A DNA stretch of 63,998 nucleotides, counting the filler, from Basidiobolus ranarum (taxonomy: Eukaryota): assembly GCA_040143965.1 (NCBI GenBank). It is 3 parts of 3 records of this genome, joined end to end, with 100 filler letters (N's around TTAATTAATTAA, not from the genome) between each part and the next. Parts side by side here need not be neighbours in the genome. Positions count along the whole stretch, not along the records: positions 1 to 22,832 come from JASJQH010007053.1; positions 22,933 to 45,698 come from JASJQH010007054.1; 1 more part is not named here. One strand, given 5' to 3'. The first letter of the stretch is position 1; each line of letters begins with the position of its first letter. Positions 13,163-24,430 of this stretch are shown piece by piece. The position numbers were made by a program, and so were the translations under genes. Under the pieces are notes generated by a model. That model ran no database searches. It was not told the origin of the DNA and was given only the letters and a program-made list of their open reading frames with translations.

Positions 13163-13372
13163 ATGGCTCTTACAACAGGCACAATTTCTATTGCGAAAAC
13201 GGTGAATTCCAACCAGCAAGTGGAAATGACTCGATGTAAGAAGTTGGTACGTTTCAGTCGCTTTGAAAAAGTTTTCCTCACCCACTCTGCCGACGACTAC
13301 GACCGCCGTTCTATCTTTGCCACCCAGCTTCCAGTTCAGCATTCGCAACTGTACTCAACCCAGTGTTTTTGA
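13163..13372 (+). CDS. 69-aa microprotein with a neurabin/Bni4-type PP1-binding string (RVxF-PhiPhi-R)
   Basis: KKLVRFSRFEKVFLTHSADDYDRRS parallels the neurabin/spinophilin RKIxFS...VFxTYSNEDYDRRN motif. Start context AAAATGG; TATAA at about 13048. Confidence 0.7.
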   Translation: MALTTGTISIAKTVNSNQQVEMTRCKKLVRFSRFEKVFLTHSADDYDRRSIFATQLPVQHSQLYSTQCF

Positions 13373-13761
13373 ACGATCATCGTAAGCTCTCTTTGCTTGG
13401 TTGCGTGGCTACACTCAAGATTTATTTGCATATATATACCCAGCTAATGCTGCCAACTTATTTAATCATCTTTTGTAAACTATTTTCACTGCTGGGTTCT
13501 GCCTAATGCCCTGTTCTTGTAACATATGTAAATAATCCAATAATACATCCCACCAATATATCCTAATACATAAAATCGCTTTCTATTTTGCAAATTCAGT
13601 CATATGTGCCGTTAATTCTACTAACTCTGAGAGCCATTCATGTTAATTATGGTGAATGAGATAGGGCCTTAGGGTTGACCATAAATAGTACCAATAAATC
13701 AGGGGAATCGGTAGTGAGTTTGTATGTTATCATCTGAATCTGACTGTGCCATTTTTTTATC

Positions 13762-14175
13762 ACGACTACCGCCAAAGTTACTCCATCAACAGTACCCCCT
13801 AAGCCAAAGATACAAGTATCTAGGTGCCCACTATGTACTTTATTTCTATTTTGAATATTACACGAGGCCAATCATAAACCTTGTGTAGAGAGGTGGTTCT
13901 CAAGTTGGCCTTTATTATGAGCATCTTAGCTACCTTGCCTGCATATTAGAGTATGTTGAAGGTATGTATGTCATTATCTCTAATACGAAGTGTCGTCTTT
14001 CCTTCACGAAGGTTAAACCTTTCACGCCAATATTTATCCCAATTAGTTAGCTTTTATTTTTCTAGGCTACAAAGTTTATAGTGTGCTAACGTCAGTGTGT
14101 TTGGGGGTTTTTTTGGTCGCAGTGTTTGAAGATATTTCAGACCGAAAAGCCACCCTAAAGGTCAAGCAATCTTAG
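13762..14175 (+). pseudogene. VMA21: VMA21 pseudogene (duplicated, intron-containing)
   Basis: Start ATG changed to ACG, deletions in the coding exons, and a premature TAG (gcatattag). Confidence 0.88.
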
Positions 14176-14490
14176 TCAAATCTTGATAGCTTCAAATATT
14201 ATATTGAATAGCAAAGACTCCATAAACATATATAAATAATCCAACAACACATTCCACCAATATATCCTAATGCATAAAAGCGCTTTCTATTTTGCAAATT
14301 CAATCATCTGCGCCGCCAATTCTACTAATTGTGTCCGGGTTATTTAACCCTGAGAGCCATTTCTGATAATAATGGTGAATGAGAAAGCTTCTTGGGGTTG
14401 GGCATAAATAGTATTAATAAATCAGAGGAATTGGTAGTGAATTTGTATATTATCATCTGAACCGGACTATACCATCTTTTTACCACCATC

Positions 14491-14960
14491 ATGACTACCG
14501 CCGAAGTTACTCCATCAACGGTACCCGCTCCAAAGCCAAAGATACAAGTATCCAGGTGCCCACTATGTACTCTATTTCTATTTTGAATATTACACGAGAC
14601 TAATCATAAACATTGAGTAGAGAGGTGGTTCTCAAGTTGATCTTCTTTGTGATCATCTTGGCTGTCTTGCCTGTTACTGCGTATTACAAGGCATTAGCGT
14701 ATTTTGAAGGTATATATTTTATTACCAACACGATGAGTTCACTCATTTTTGATACCATATGTTATCGTTTCTTCACGAAGATTGATCCTTTCACACCCAT
14801 CTTTATCTCAATTAACGCTTTTATTCTTTTAGGCAACCAAGTTTATAGTGTTGGAGCTTCTGTTATTGTTGCTAACGTCATTGTGTTTGGGTATGTTTTG
14901 GTCGCAGTGTTTGAAGATATTTCAGACCAAAAAGCCGAACTAAAGGACAAGGAATCTTAG
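14491..14960 (+). CDS. VMA21: V-ATPase assembly factor Vma21 (3 exons)
   Basis: MTTAEVTPSTVPAPKPKIQVSREVVLKLIFFVIILAVLPVTAYY...GNQVYSVGASVIVANVIVFGYVLVAVFED...KDKES: two TM helices, the ANV..GYV..A..ED motif and a KxKxx ER-retrieval end. Confidence 0.9.
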
Positions 14961-15582
14961 TCAAATCTTTATAACTTCAAGCAAGCACTCAATAAATGTA
15001 CCACTGATTTTACAACATATATTCTCTACGCGTGCATTTGTGAATGGACGGTTCGTAATCAAATGTTTGGGAATGTACTATCCTCAAGCGAACATGGAAC
15101 ATTTACATTACTGAATATTATGGGTGAGATCAGTATATAGAAATTAGATCGTAAGCTTGACTAAATAGGGAAGTGTAGTACTATAAAATGCCTAAGTGTT
15201 ATCAAAATATAGTAAGTTTCATTCGTTACAGAATAGGAAAAGAATTTAAGAAAATGGAAGTTTCGGTCGAATTGCTCCATTCACCTATGGTAACCTTTAC
15301 ACATGATAAGCTTTATAGTCGTTTGTTGAGAGCTTGTATGCAAGTCTCACTCGGGGTCCCCTTTTTTTCCGCCGACGCTTTAAAGCTCTTGATTTCTCTA
15401 CCTAAGCACATTTTCTTCTTTTCACTTTATCTATTTCCACGTTGGTATTATATTGTCTGCTTATTTCTTTAGGGCTGTGTACTTGGTCACTTTTTGTATA
15501 AACTTATTCATATTTGTCAATCGACACATCCTTCTTCCCGTGTCCGAGTTTCACTTTATTCTTACATTATTTATCCGCTATT

Positions 15583-16758
15583 ATGGATACTGAACAAGAC
15601 ATACAACCAATGAATGTCACTGCAAGCCCTGCCATCAACACACCAGGGGCACTAGATATACCGAACTTTAATCCTGCTCAGAATCTCTCCGCTTTTGCTA
15701 CACCTCGTACCCTGCGCCTACCTTCAGCCCCTTCAATTATGACAACTGTAGAAGCAAACAATCCAGAATCATCAGGTGTTCATGTTTCGGGGCGTACCGA
15801 GCGTCTACCGTCAGCGCCCTCCATTATGGCGAACACATTGGAAGTTCCTGGACTCAATGTTCCACAAAGCTCTAGCTCCACTTCTAAACGAGCCGCTGGT
15901 CGAAAACTTAGGGCGTATAGTTTTGATGACTCCATTAGAGAGTTTCGTCCAGATAAACTTTACCAAACGAAAGATAGTAGGAAACGTGAATCATATATGG
16001 TTCATGGGGTTAATATTTTGAATAGAGACGATGTTGACAGTTCAACTGCTATCAACCGTTTACAAAAGCGTCGTGAGCAACATAATCGGGTAGAACGGCG
16101 TCGCAGAGATTTGATTAACACCTCTATCGAGGAACTATCAGAAATCGTGCCTTTAGCTCAGTTGGAAGGAGTTAAATTCGCTCGTGGCAATGTACTTCGT
16201 TTAACCATCGACTACATTAAAGAGCTTCAGGATGAAATTCAATCCCTAAAGTTAGAGAATGAGAGTTTACGTAATTCTTCAACTCAAATACCCCGGTTGG
16301 ACCCTACTAAGCGCCCTCCAACGATTGTTATCAACCAGGCCGGAAATCTCCCAGTTAACACCACATTCCCTTCACCTAGCTCAGCTGGTTGGGAAAGTGA
16401 AGTAAGAACACCAACCGATGGCCAAGATTTCACATCCTCTATTGGTTCCAATTATACTGGTCAATTAATTAGTCCCGTCGGTTCCTCTCCTTTTCCCTCA
16501 CCGTTCCATTCACCCATACATTCGCCTATACACCCAAGTAGTCCTATCAACGAAAACCCCATTTCCTTACCACATCCTTCTCTTCCCGAAATTACACTCA
16601 CAACCGCCTCATCTCAAGCATCCTCACCTATCCCTAATCCAGGTAATCTTATGCATGTCTCAAGTCCACCTTCTCCAGGACCTTCATCCCCAACATCTCC
16701 ACTGCCTTTGCAAATGAGTAGTTGGCAACCTTTCTCCAACTCCTCCAGAAATATGTAA
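15583..16758 (+). CDS. bHLH-leucine zipper transcription factor (E-box binding)
   Basis: KRREQHNRVERRRRDLINTSIEELSEIVP...RGNVLRLTIDYIKELQDEIQSLKLENESLR. The H-E-R basic residues predict CACGTG binding. Confidence 0.92.
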   Translation: MDTEQDIQPMNVTASPAINTPGALDIPNFNPAQNLSAFATPRTLRLPSAPSIMTTVEANNPESSGVHVSGRTERLPSAPSIMANTLEVPGLNVPQSSSSTSKRAAGRKLRAYSFDDSIREFRPDKLYQTKDSRKRESYMVHGVNILNRDDVDSSTAINRLQKRREQHNRVERRRRDLINTSIEELSEIVPLAQLEGVKFARGNVLRLTIDYIKELQDEIQSLKLENESLRNSSTQIPRLDPTKRPPTIVINQAGNLPVNTTFPSPSSAGWESEVRTPTDGQDFTSSIGSNYTGQLISPVGSSPFPSPFHSPIHSPIHPSSPINENPISLPHPSLPEITLTTASSQASSPIPNPGNLMHVSSPPSPGPSSPTSPLPLQMSSWQPFSNSSRNM

Positions 16759-17673
16759 ATGAATACTATAAAAATCGGAATGAATGTATCCTATGATAGA
16801 TATTTGATATGTGCACAAGCAAACGTTCTCTAAGCGAATATAATGACGATTTTATCCAATGATAAGTATGAACAATCAGCAGAAACGTGATATATCTTTC
16901 ATATATACACAACAAATATCCTTAGATTCATTGAAGCATCGCAGTATCGAATAGACCGTTTGTAGATATTCGAAACCTCGTGTTGATCAATGACACATCC
17001 CCCTTACCTTGAACAATATCACCGATTTAGTAGAATATTCTTTATAGAAGAGGGGTATCGGACTCTAACTTGGGTGATACTAAATCTATACAAGGAATAG
17101 TCTGAAATCGTCTATTCTCTTCTCTTCCCTTCCCCTACTCCCTCAAATACATTGATTCGTAAATAACTAGATTGTTTATGGTAGTAGTTAACGAATACGT
17201 TGTTAAAGCTTGGCAGTGTTCAGATTCGGAGATATTCAGTACTCGATTCATCTATAATTAACAGGTTTTGTTATTTAGAGTAGAGTTGATCACGTTCTCC
17301 ATATTACCCTTCTCCTAATTCCTCTGACCCATACGGCTACTTGAAATTGTTGCCATCTATAGTAAGCCCAAAGCATTACTGTGTGAACATGGGACTATGA
17401 ATGAATCTAGGATATTCCGATATGGATCATTGGTCTGGATTATTTTGGAATGGAGACGGATTCAATTTAGTATACACTGTTCGTATTCTTACGAGATCTC
17501 AGGGGATATGTATTGCATTCATATTGAGATTGGTGTATGCAATAACGTAGAATGTGATCACTTGGAACAAAGAGCTTTAGCTTTATTTCATACATAATTC
17601 CAATGTCTCGAATAACAGATCCATTGGTGAAGAGAATGATTTGGGGGTGGGGGGGGGGATGGGATAAAATTCA

Positions 17674-19023
17674 TTACATATTGGCAATGTTGTTATAGTT
17701 GGCGGGGTTAATTGCTGGATTTTTATCCGGATTCTCTGAGGTAGGCATGAATATAATTTTGGTACTTCCATGCTTACTCATCGCCTGAAGTGTTTCCAAA
17801 TAACGGATTTGCATTGCAGCGGGAATATTTAATATCTCGGCTGCTTCTCTCATAAGTTTAGCGGAATCCACTGAAGATATACACATTAAATAAAGTTAGA
17901 TAATCAATTGAATGATACTCTATATCAACAGTTCATACAAACCTTCTGCTTGTGCGGCTATAACTTTAGCCTCACCAATTCGTTTCTGGGTAGCAGCGCT
18001 AGAGAGTGATTCCTGTAGATCTTTAGAGAATTCCAGATCTTTGATAAGAATAGATTCCACCTGGAAATTATATAAAAGGAATATTTAAGTAATGTAGACC
18101 ATAAACATCCATGTGAATCGTCCCCTCAAACTTACAGTAACTCCCCACGCTCTGGCAGGAACATCGATCATATTACGAATATCTAAATAGTATGTTGAAA
18201 TTAGGACAAGTTAATATTCATGTAGTCCATCGAAAATATATTCACCGTTAGCAATGGTCTCTCGATTTTCGATACAATCTTGAAGGACTCTAGTTCCCAA
18301 TACACCTCTAAGAGTAGTTTGAGTTCTTTCCACCAGTGCTTGGCGTACGTTACTTATTCCAAAAGTAGCCTGATAGGGGTCTACGATATGATAATAGATG
18401 ACTGATTCGAGAATGATACTGACGTTATCCTATCAATAGTTTACATTATTAAGAAGGACTGTAGGTATATTCAGGAATAACCTATCCACGAGTAAAAGTG
18501 TAAACTAACCTTAGTGGTAATACGAATATTGGGAATTGCTGCTATTTGAATTTTTACGTCGACTTGAATTAACTCTTCAGTGAAGGGATTCACTCGAACC
18601 AGACCAGGGTCAGTGGTCTTGTATACTTTACCGAACTTGGATACCAAACCGACATGACCTATGAAACCAATTTAGTTACTTATCGATATCAATGGAAGGT
18701 TGGAGAAGGTAGATAGATAGAAGTGTAAACTTTAGTAAAGTAATACCTTGACTAATTTGCTCATATGGGTTGGGAAAGCAGAATAACCCAGGAACCTTAG
18801 TCAAAAAAAAGTAAGTATCCCCATACGTAAGTAAATTAGGAAGTCATAAACTCACAGTCCCCAAGGAACCCAATAAGTTGCCCAAGCCGTTCATCCACCA
18901 ATAATAAAACCCTTGGGGTTCATCAGCAGGAGCTTCATTTGCGAAAGAACGTCGCATACTAAACGGTTGTGGCTCTTCCGTTGTTGCTGAAGTACTGCCA
19001 TAATTTTTAATAGGTATGGACAT
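17674..19023 (-). CDS. Stomatin/SPFH (band 7) family protein, multi-exon
   Basis: CFPNPYEQISQGHVGLVSKFGK, ITTKDNVSI, ERTQTTLRGVLG, WGVTVESILIKD and AEVDSAKLMREAAEILNIPAAMQIRYLETL. Confidence 0.93.
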
Positions 19024-19821
19024 GTTGAAAAGATAGTATTTATTATATCAGTCTTGTGTTTGTTAACCAACGATGAGAAATAGGACTACAACAGAGCTGT
19101 TGAAGTTACTAAATTACGAATATTTGAAATGAGCTGTACTTTCTTCCTAGATTGTACAATGCATATATCCACTTACGATCATGTAACAAGCTACACTGAC
19201 ATTCCAAGAGTTATACAAGTTAAATTTTCATATTAAATATAAATCATAAATCATAAATTCATCTATTGCAATGTACACACATAAATGGTCAGAGCATAGT
19301 ATTTCGTTGATCAGGGGTTTACCCTGGTCTGTCCAACAAGTAGTTGATGTCTGAAATGTATGGTTAATGCTGGATGTGGAAAGACATGATTGGATTACGT
19401 GAGAAGTTGTAGGTCTAGGTGGTAGTAATTATATTATGGACATCCAGATAGTCGAATTATTATTTCTAAATTGAAGGCTATGTAAATAAATCTATACGGA
19501 CATGTACAAGGAGGAGCCATCCCTTTCGATATTTATTGGTCTTTCGAAGATTCTTTTTTGTCCAATCATATTCCTTCACAAGAATCAATAACCAAACTCG
19601 ACATTCGTTTATCATAAAGAGTGAGAAACTGATAAGCTGTACTAGAAACAAGGTAAACCAAAATACGAACCTTTCTTCGTCGTAGTACTATCCTGTTTAC
19701 AAAAGGGTTCTTTATTCTTTCCGGTATTGTCATCTAAAGTAGTTATTTGAAGTTTAACTGAAGTTCTAACCTTTTCAACCATATAGTTACTACTTTTTAG
19801 ATCACTTCTGGACTATCGGCT

Positions 19822-22800
19822 ATGGACTCAACCGGCTTTATGAACTCTCTTCAAGATTCTACTCTTCCTTCTTCTGTTCAATTGCAGATGCTCCACTCTC
19901 AAGTTCTTGACGAGGAGTATGCTCAGCAACATATTGAAGAGCCTCAGACCGATTTCCCCGTCCCTAAAAGAGGACCCGAAATTGACTTAGACTCGGAATC
20001 TATGTTCCCATCTCTTACCGCTTCTACTCCCGCCACTCCTCTTGCTACTTCTGCCTGGGGAAGCGACTCTCGTGCCAAGGTTGACAGAGCCTCGGAAGGT
20101 TTGAAGAAGTCTGGAATTGTGACCGAAATCTACCAACTCCAAGCTACTCAACAACAGAGACAAAGAGAGTTCGGTAACAAGAATGCTACCGGAGATATCA
20201 TCAAGCAAATCATGAAGAGCACCAAGACTCAAATCGATGTTTCTACTTCTAGAAATACTGGTACTACCACTTTTCTCATTAAGGGTAAAGTTGAAGATGT
20301 TCAAAAGGCTAAGAAAGAAATTACTTCCGCTTTTTCTCTTAAGGTAAATCTTTCTGAATATTTATTGTTACGTTAAAATCATGCCACTAACGCTCTTATC
20401 ATAAATTATCTAGGTAACTACCACCGTGACTATTCCCTCATTCTGCCGCAGATTCATTGTTGGTGCTAGAGGAAAGACCCTCCAATCAATTATCGATCGT
20501 TCCGGAGCTCGTATTCAACTTCCTCGTCGTGAGGAAGATGACGATCACTCGGATGAAGAGGACTCTTTCACTGACATCACTATTACTGGTGACGTTGATG
20601 GAGTCAAGATGGCCAAGTCCGAAATTGAAAAGATCGTTTCTGAAAAGGTAAATAGTTGCTATTAAGCTCTTCTCTTTAACTACAATGCTAATCAGCCGAA
20701 TTGATTTCTCTAGACTTCCAAGACTACCATGCGTATCACTCATATTCCTTCCGAATATTATCCTTTGATTGCTGGTCCTCACAACAACTTCATTCAAAAC
20801 CTTACTGAGCAAATGGGCGTCAAGGTTCATATTCCTCCCTTCATTTCGTCTGAGGATGAAGAAAGCAATGTTGACAAAAGTATCTTGGTAGCTGGTGATA
20901 AAAGCATCATCCAAAGTGTTGTAGATATCATTGGTAATTTGTATGAAGATTTACAACGTACTACCAAGACAATGTTGGTAAACATTCCCAAGAGACAACA
21001 CAAGTACCTCATCGGCCCTAAGGGTGCTAATCTCCAAGAAATTTTGGAAGTTACTGGTTGTTTCGTTGAGCTTGCACCAGCTAGCGATCCTTCAGAGGAA
21101 GTTACTATTCGTGGTCCCGAGGCTAAACTTGTCGAAGCTTTAACCTTTGTTATGGATAAAGCCAACTCTACTCATGTTGATGTCATTGACTTGAGCAAGA
21201 TGCACGTTGTCGATAACCCAGTTCAATATGCTCGTAACGCCCTCAAGTACTTCCTTAACAGATCTAAGCTTCGCAAGATCGAGAGCGATTGCCACGTTCA
21301 AATCATGTTCCCCAAGGCCAACCAAATGGATAAAAATGTTACACTTGAACTTGTCGGTAAATACCGTAGTCATGTTGAGAAATCTAAGCAACAGGTTATG
21401 GAGCTTGCTATCGCTTTACTCCCTGCTTATATCTCAACATGCAGAATCCCTGCTCACCTTCACAGACATATTGTTGGTCGTAAGGGACAGAACATCCAAC
21501 GTATCAAGGAAACCCATGGAGTTGATGTTATCGTCCCTGATGAACAAAATGACAGTGATGAAGTTCTTATCGTCTACGAGAGCAATCCTGAAGTCGAAGC
21601 TGCTCAAGATAAGAGATCCAAGATCCTTGCTGTTCAAGAATTGTTGGATGTTGTTAGCAAGGAATTGGTAAAATCTGCCGAAGATGCTAATGATTTTACT
21701 GTACAAAATCTCAACATTCCTTCTCGTTTCCATCGCTTGATTATCGGTTCCAAGGGAGCTACCTTGTCACAAATCATGGGATCTGATTCTCCCGCTTCCG
21801 TTAAAATCGGAAGCTCTAAGAAGGGTGAAGAGAAGCCTGCTGATGTTGATGAGAACTCTGTCATCGTCAAGGGTCCTAGTGAAGAAGTCTCTAGAATTGT
21901 CAAGGAAATTAACACCATTGTCGATGAGGCCAAGCATCATGAGATTATGAACTCTTTCACTGCTGAGTTCACTATTCCTGCCGCTTACTCCGCCCATGTT
22001 ATTGGTAAAGGTGGATCTAACATTACCAAATTGAAGGACTCTTTGGATGTCAAGATCGACATTGACGGCAAGAACGAGGAAGATGAGACACCAAAGGAAA
22101 AGGTCAAGGTTCTCATTCAAGGTAGTAAGAAGGGTGTTGATCAAGCCAAGAAGCAAATCATGGAGATCGTTGACAAATTGTCCGACCAAACCGAGATTCG
22201 TCTTACCATCGCTCCTCACTTGCACAGATCTCTTATTGGTGTCGGAGGTCGTTATGTCAAGCGTCTTGAAGATACTTACAATGTTCGTATCAAGTTCCCC
22301 CATTCTGCTGAAAAGAATGGCGATAATGATGAAGAGGAGACTCAGAGACCTGATGAAGTTATCGTCAAAGGTAACAAAAAGGATGTCGCTGAAGCCAAGA
22401 CTGAGATTCAACAACTTATTGAATTCGAACAAGAGCATGGACATACTCTCAACTTTGATATTCCTGCACGTTGTCTTCCTCATGTGGTTGGTCGTAACGG
22501 TGCTAAGATTAACGAAATCAAGGAAGATACCAATACCAAGATTGACCTTGGTAGACCTGAGGATGAGAATGATGATGATGCCATGGTCCCTGTTGTTATC
22601 CAAGGTACCAAGCAAGGTATTGAAGCCGCACGTGAAGCTATCATGGCCGTTGTTGAGGATCAACAATCTCGTGTCTCCATCACTATGGAAATTGATCCCG
22701 ATCACCACAAATTCCTGATTGGAACTGGTGGTTCTCGTATCAAGGAACTCATCACCAAGTTTGGTGGTGATCCCGATGCTGAACCTTGGCAAAGAACTGT

Positions 22801-22832
22801 CCGCTTCCCTAGAAGTGAAAGCACTTCTAGCG
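19822..22832 (+). CDS. SCP160: Vigilin/Scp160 multi-KH-domain RNA-binding protein (3' end truncated by assembly gap)
   Basis: Repeated KH motifs (HKYLIGPKG, HRHIVGRKG, HRLIIGSKG, AHVIGKGG, HRSLIGVGG, PHVVGRNG, HKFLIGTGG), an N-terminal FPSL..AWG motif and two introns. Confidence 0.93.
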
Positions 22833-22932
22833 NNNNNNNNNNNNNNNNNNNNNNNNNNNNNNNNNNNNNNNNNNNNTTAATTAATTAANNNNNNNNNNNN
22901 NNNNNNNNNNNNNNNNNNNNNNNNNNNNNNNN
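22833..22932. other. Artificial contig linker/assembly gap
   Basis: N-run + TTAATTAATTAA + N-run, 100 nt. The vigilin frame does not resume after it. Confidence 0.97.
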
Positions 22933-24013
22933 TTGGAACAATGCTCTGTTCAATGACGCAGCACGAAGAGTGGGTTGTGAGAGAAAACTCATTATTCCTC
23001 TAGTAAACTGTAATATGCCAGGAATGCTGGTTATGCCAATGATCTCGGACCTACTTTATATCATTGTTAGTACCACTTCACCATATCTCTTGAGGGAAAA
23101 TACAGCCAGTATCGTAGTGGATGATTGGTGGTAGAATATGAAAAGATAAAAATTAACCGAAGCTTGAGAATATAGCTTATTTCCTTTCGTGTAATATTTG
23201 TTTCAAAAACTTTTTATACACCCATACTACTGGTTAACTAACTGTCATTTTTGAAAATTTCAAGTCAATTATGTGACTTCTATGTGCCCCGGCTAGTGAA
23301 GTTGAGTTGAATGTTCCCAAATACCAACGAAATATATAAATTATATAAGATTCACTCAGAAATATACTCAAATAATACGTCAGCTATTAAAATCAATGGT
23401 TACTCATGTCTCGGGTCATTGTAGCTTCTCATGCATTTTCCATTCGGATAAAATATGTTAGATGCCGAGTAAATATTGTTATTTCCTGTACAACAGGACT
23501 CATCCTCAACCAGATTCATTCCCCACATTCATGTACTTTTATAGGCAGATCGAATCCAGCACCGGTTCTCGCTAGATATTCTGGAATGAAGATCGGTCAT
23601 CTGTCGGTGCTTTCCATCTCTATTCGGTCGGCCGCTTTCATAAACCTCATGAAGCTATTGGTTTAAGTAACTACATACTGACGTCAAAATAGCTTATTTT
23701 CTGAGATTTAATACATATTTAGACAGGATGTGCTTTTGCTCCAAGAAATTTATAGTTGAACTGATTTGAACAATGGCAGTCTACACCATACATTCAGCTG
23801 ATTATTTGGATAGAGTAAAAGACGTAAGCCATCGATATCAATATAAATCGAACCTATATATTCGCAATGCAACTTTACTTGTGGCTTGATATGGTTCTCG
23901 TAAATGGACTTGAATAAATTGTATCAACAATCTTTATGGACATAAGGAAACATTGTCACTGATTTTTACTAATAATTTGATTGATTGGTAGGTCTCATAT
24001 AATAAAGGAGAGG

Positions 24014-24176
24014 CAGGAGGCGGCGCATAGCGCTCACCTCCCACTAACAAAAATTTAACAGTCGAGACACCCCGAAGGATGTTCGCGTCAAAGACCCTGA
24101 GACGCTGTGCAATGCTCAAGTTCTAAGACGAACAGCTTGCCTACTTGATCGCAAACTGCCCCTGCCAGGTAAGTAT
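24014..24176 (-). ncRNA. U1: U1 spliceosomal snRNA, copy 1
   Basis: Minus strand begins ATACTTACCTGG. It has loop I GATCAAG (U1-70K site), loop II ATTGCAC (U1A site), Sm site AAATTTTTG and a terminal GC-rich stem-loop; about 163 nt. Confidence 0.96.
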
Positions 24177-24240
24177 GAGAAACTCCGAAGGCGATGCTTA
24201 CTCTATATAGTAGCTCATGGAAAACTTACAATTATGGGAT
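24177..24240 (-). promoter_or_regulatory. U1 promoter, copy 1 (TATA-like at about -30; ATCCCATAATTG at -64 to -53)
   Basis: 61 of 64 nt are identical to the upstream region of U1 copy 2, and identity drops sharply beyond -64. Confidence 0.7.
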
Positions 24241-24430
24241 GAATTGATTTTTAAGATAGTATTAATGCTGGTTGAAATTCGATTTGCACTAAATCTATAT
24301 GTACCGATGCTAAACTGGTTTGAAGGAGAGCATATGAAAGGCCTCATATATCTTTTAATTTAATAAATAATTAAAAAAAAGTACCAAAGTTCCAAATTAT
24401 GGAGATATTTCTTCTATTGAGTGGTTTGAT

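Larger units (their letters stand above)
13521..14980 (+). repeat. Tandem duplication of the VMA21 locus (unit 1 about 13521-14195, unit 2 about 14225-14980)
   Basis: Promoter, exons and introns align between the two units with many substitutions and several deletions in unit 1. Confidence 0.92.

Noticed and set aside
14331-14400. CTGAGA-containing segment resembling a TPP riboswitch
   Set aside because: Lacks the other TPP aptamer motifs and sits in the VMA21 promoter.
21767-22792. 341-aa antisense ORF
   Set aside because: Shadow of the codon-biased vigilin CDS.
22833-22932. Palindromic TTAATTAATTAA inside N-runs (also 45699-45798)
   Set aside because: Artificial all-frame stop linker, not biology. 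Gene adjacency across these joins is unreliable.
23934-24119. Duplicated ORF MSIAQRLRVFDANILRG... (also 31055-31342)
   Set aside because: Chance translation of the U1 snRNA sequence.
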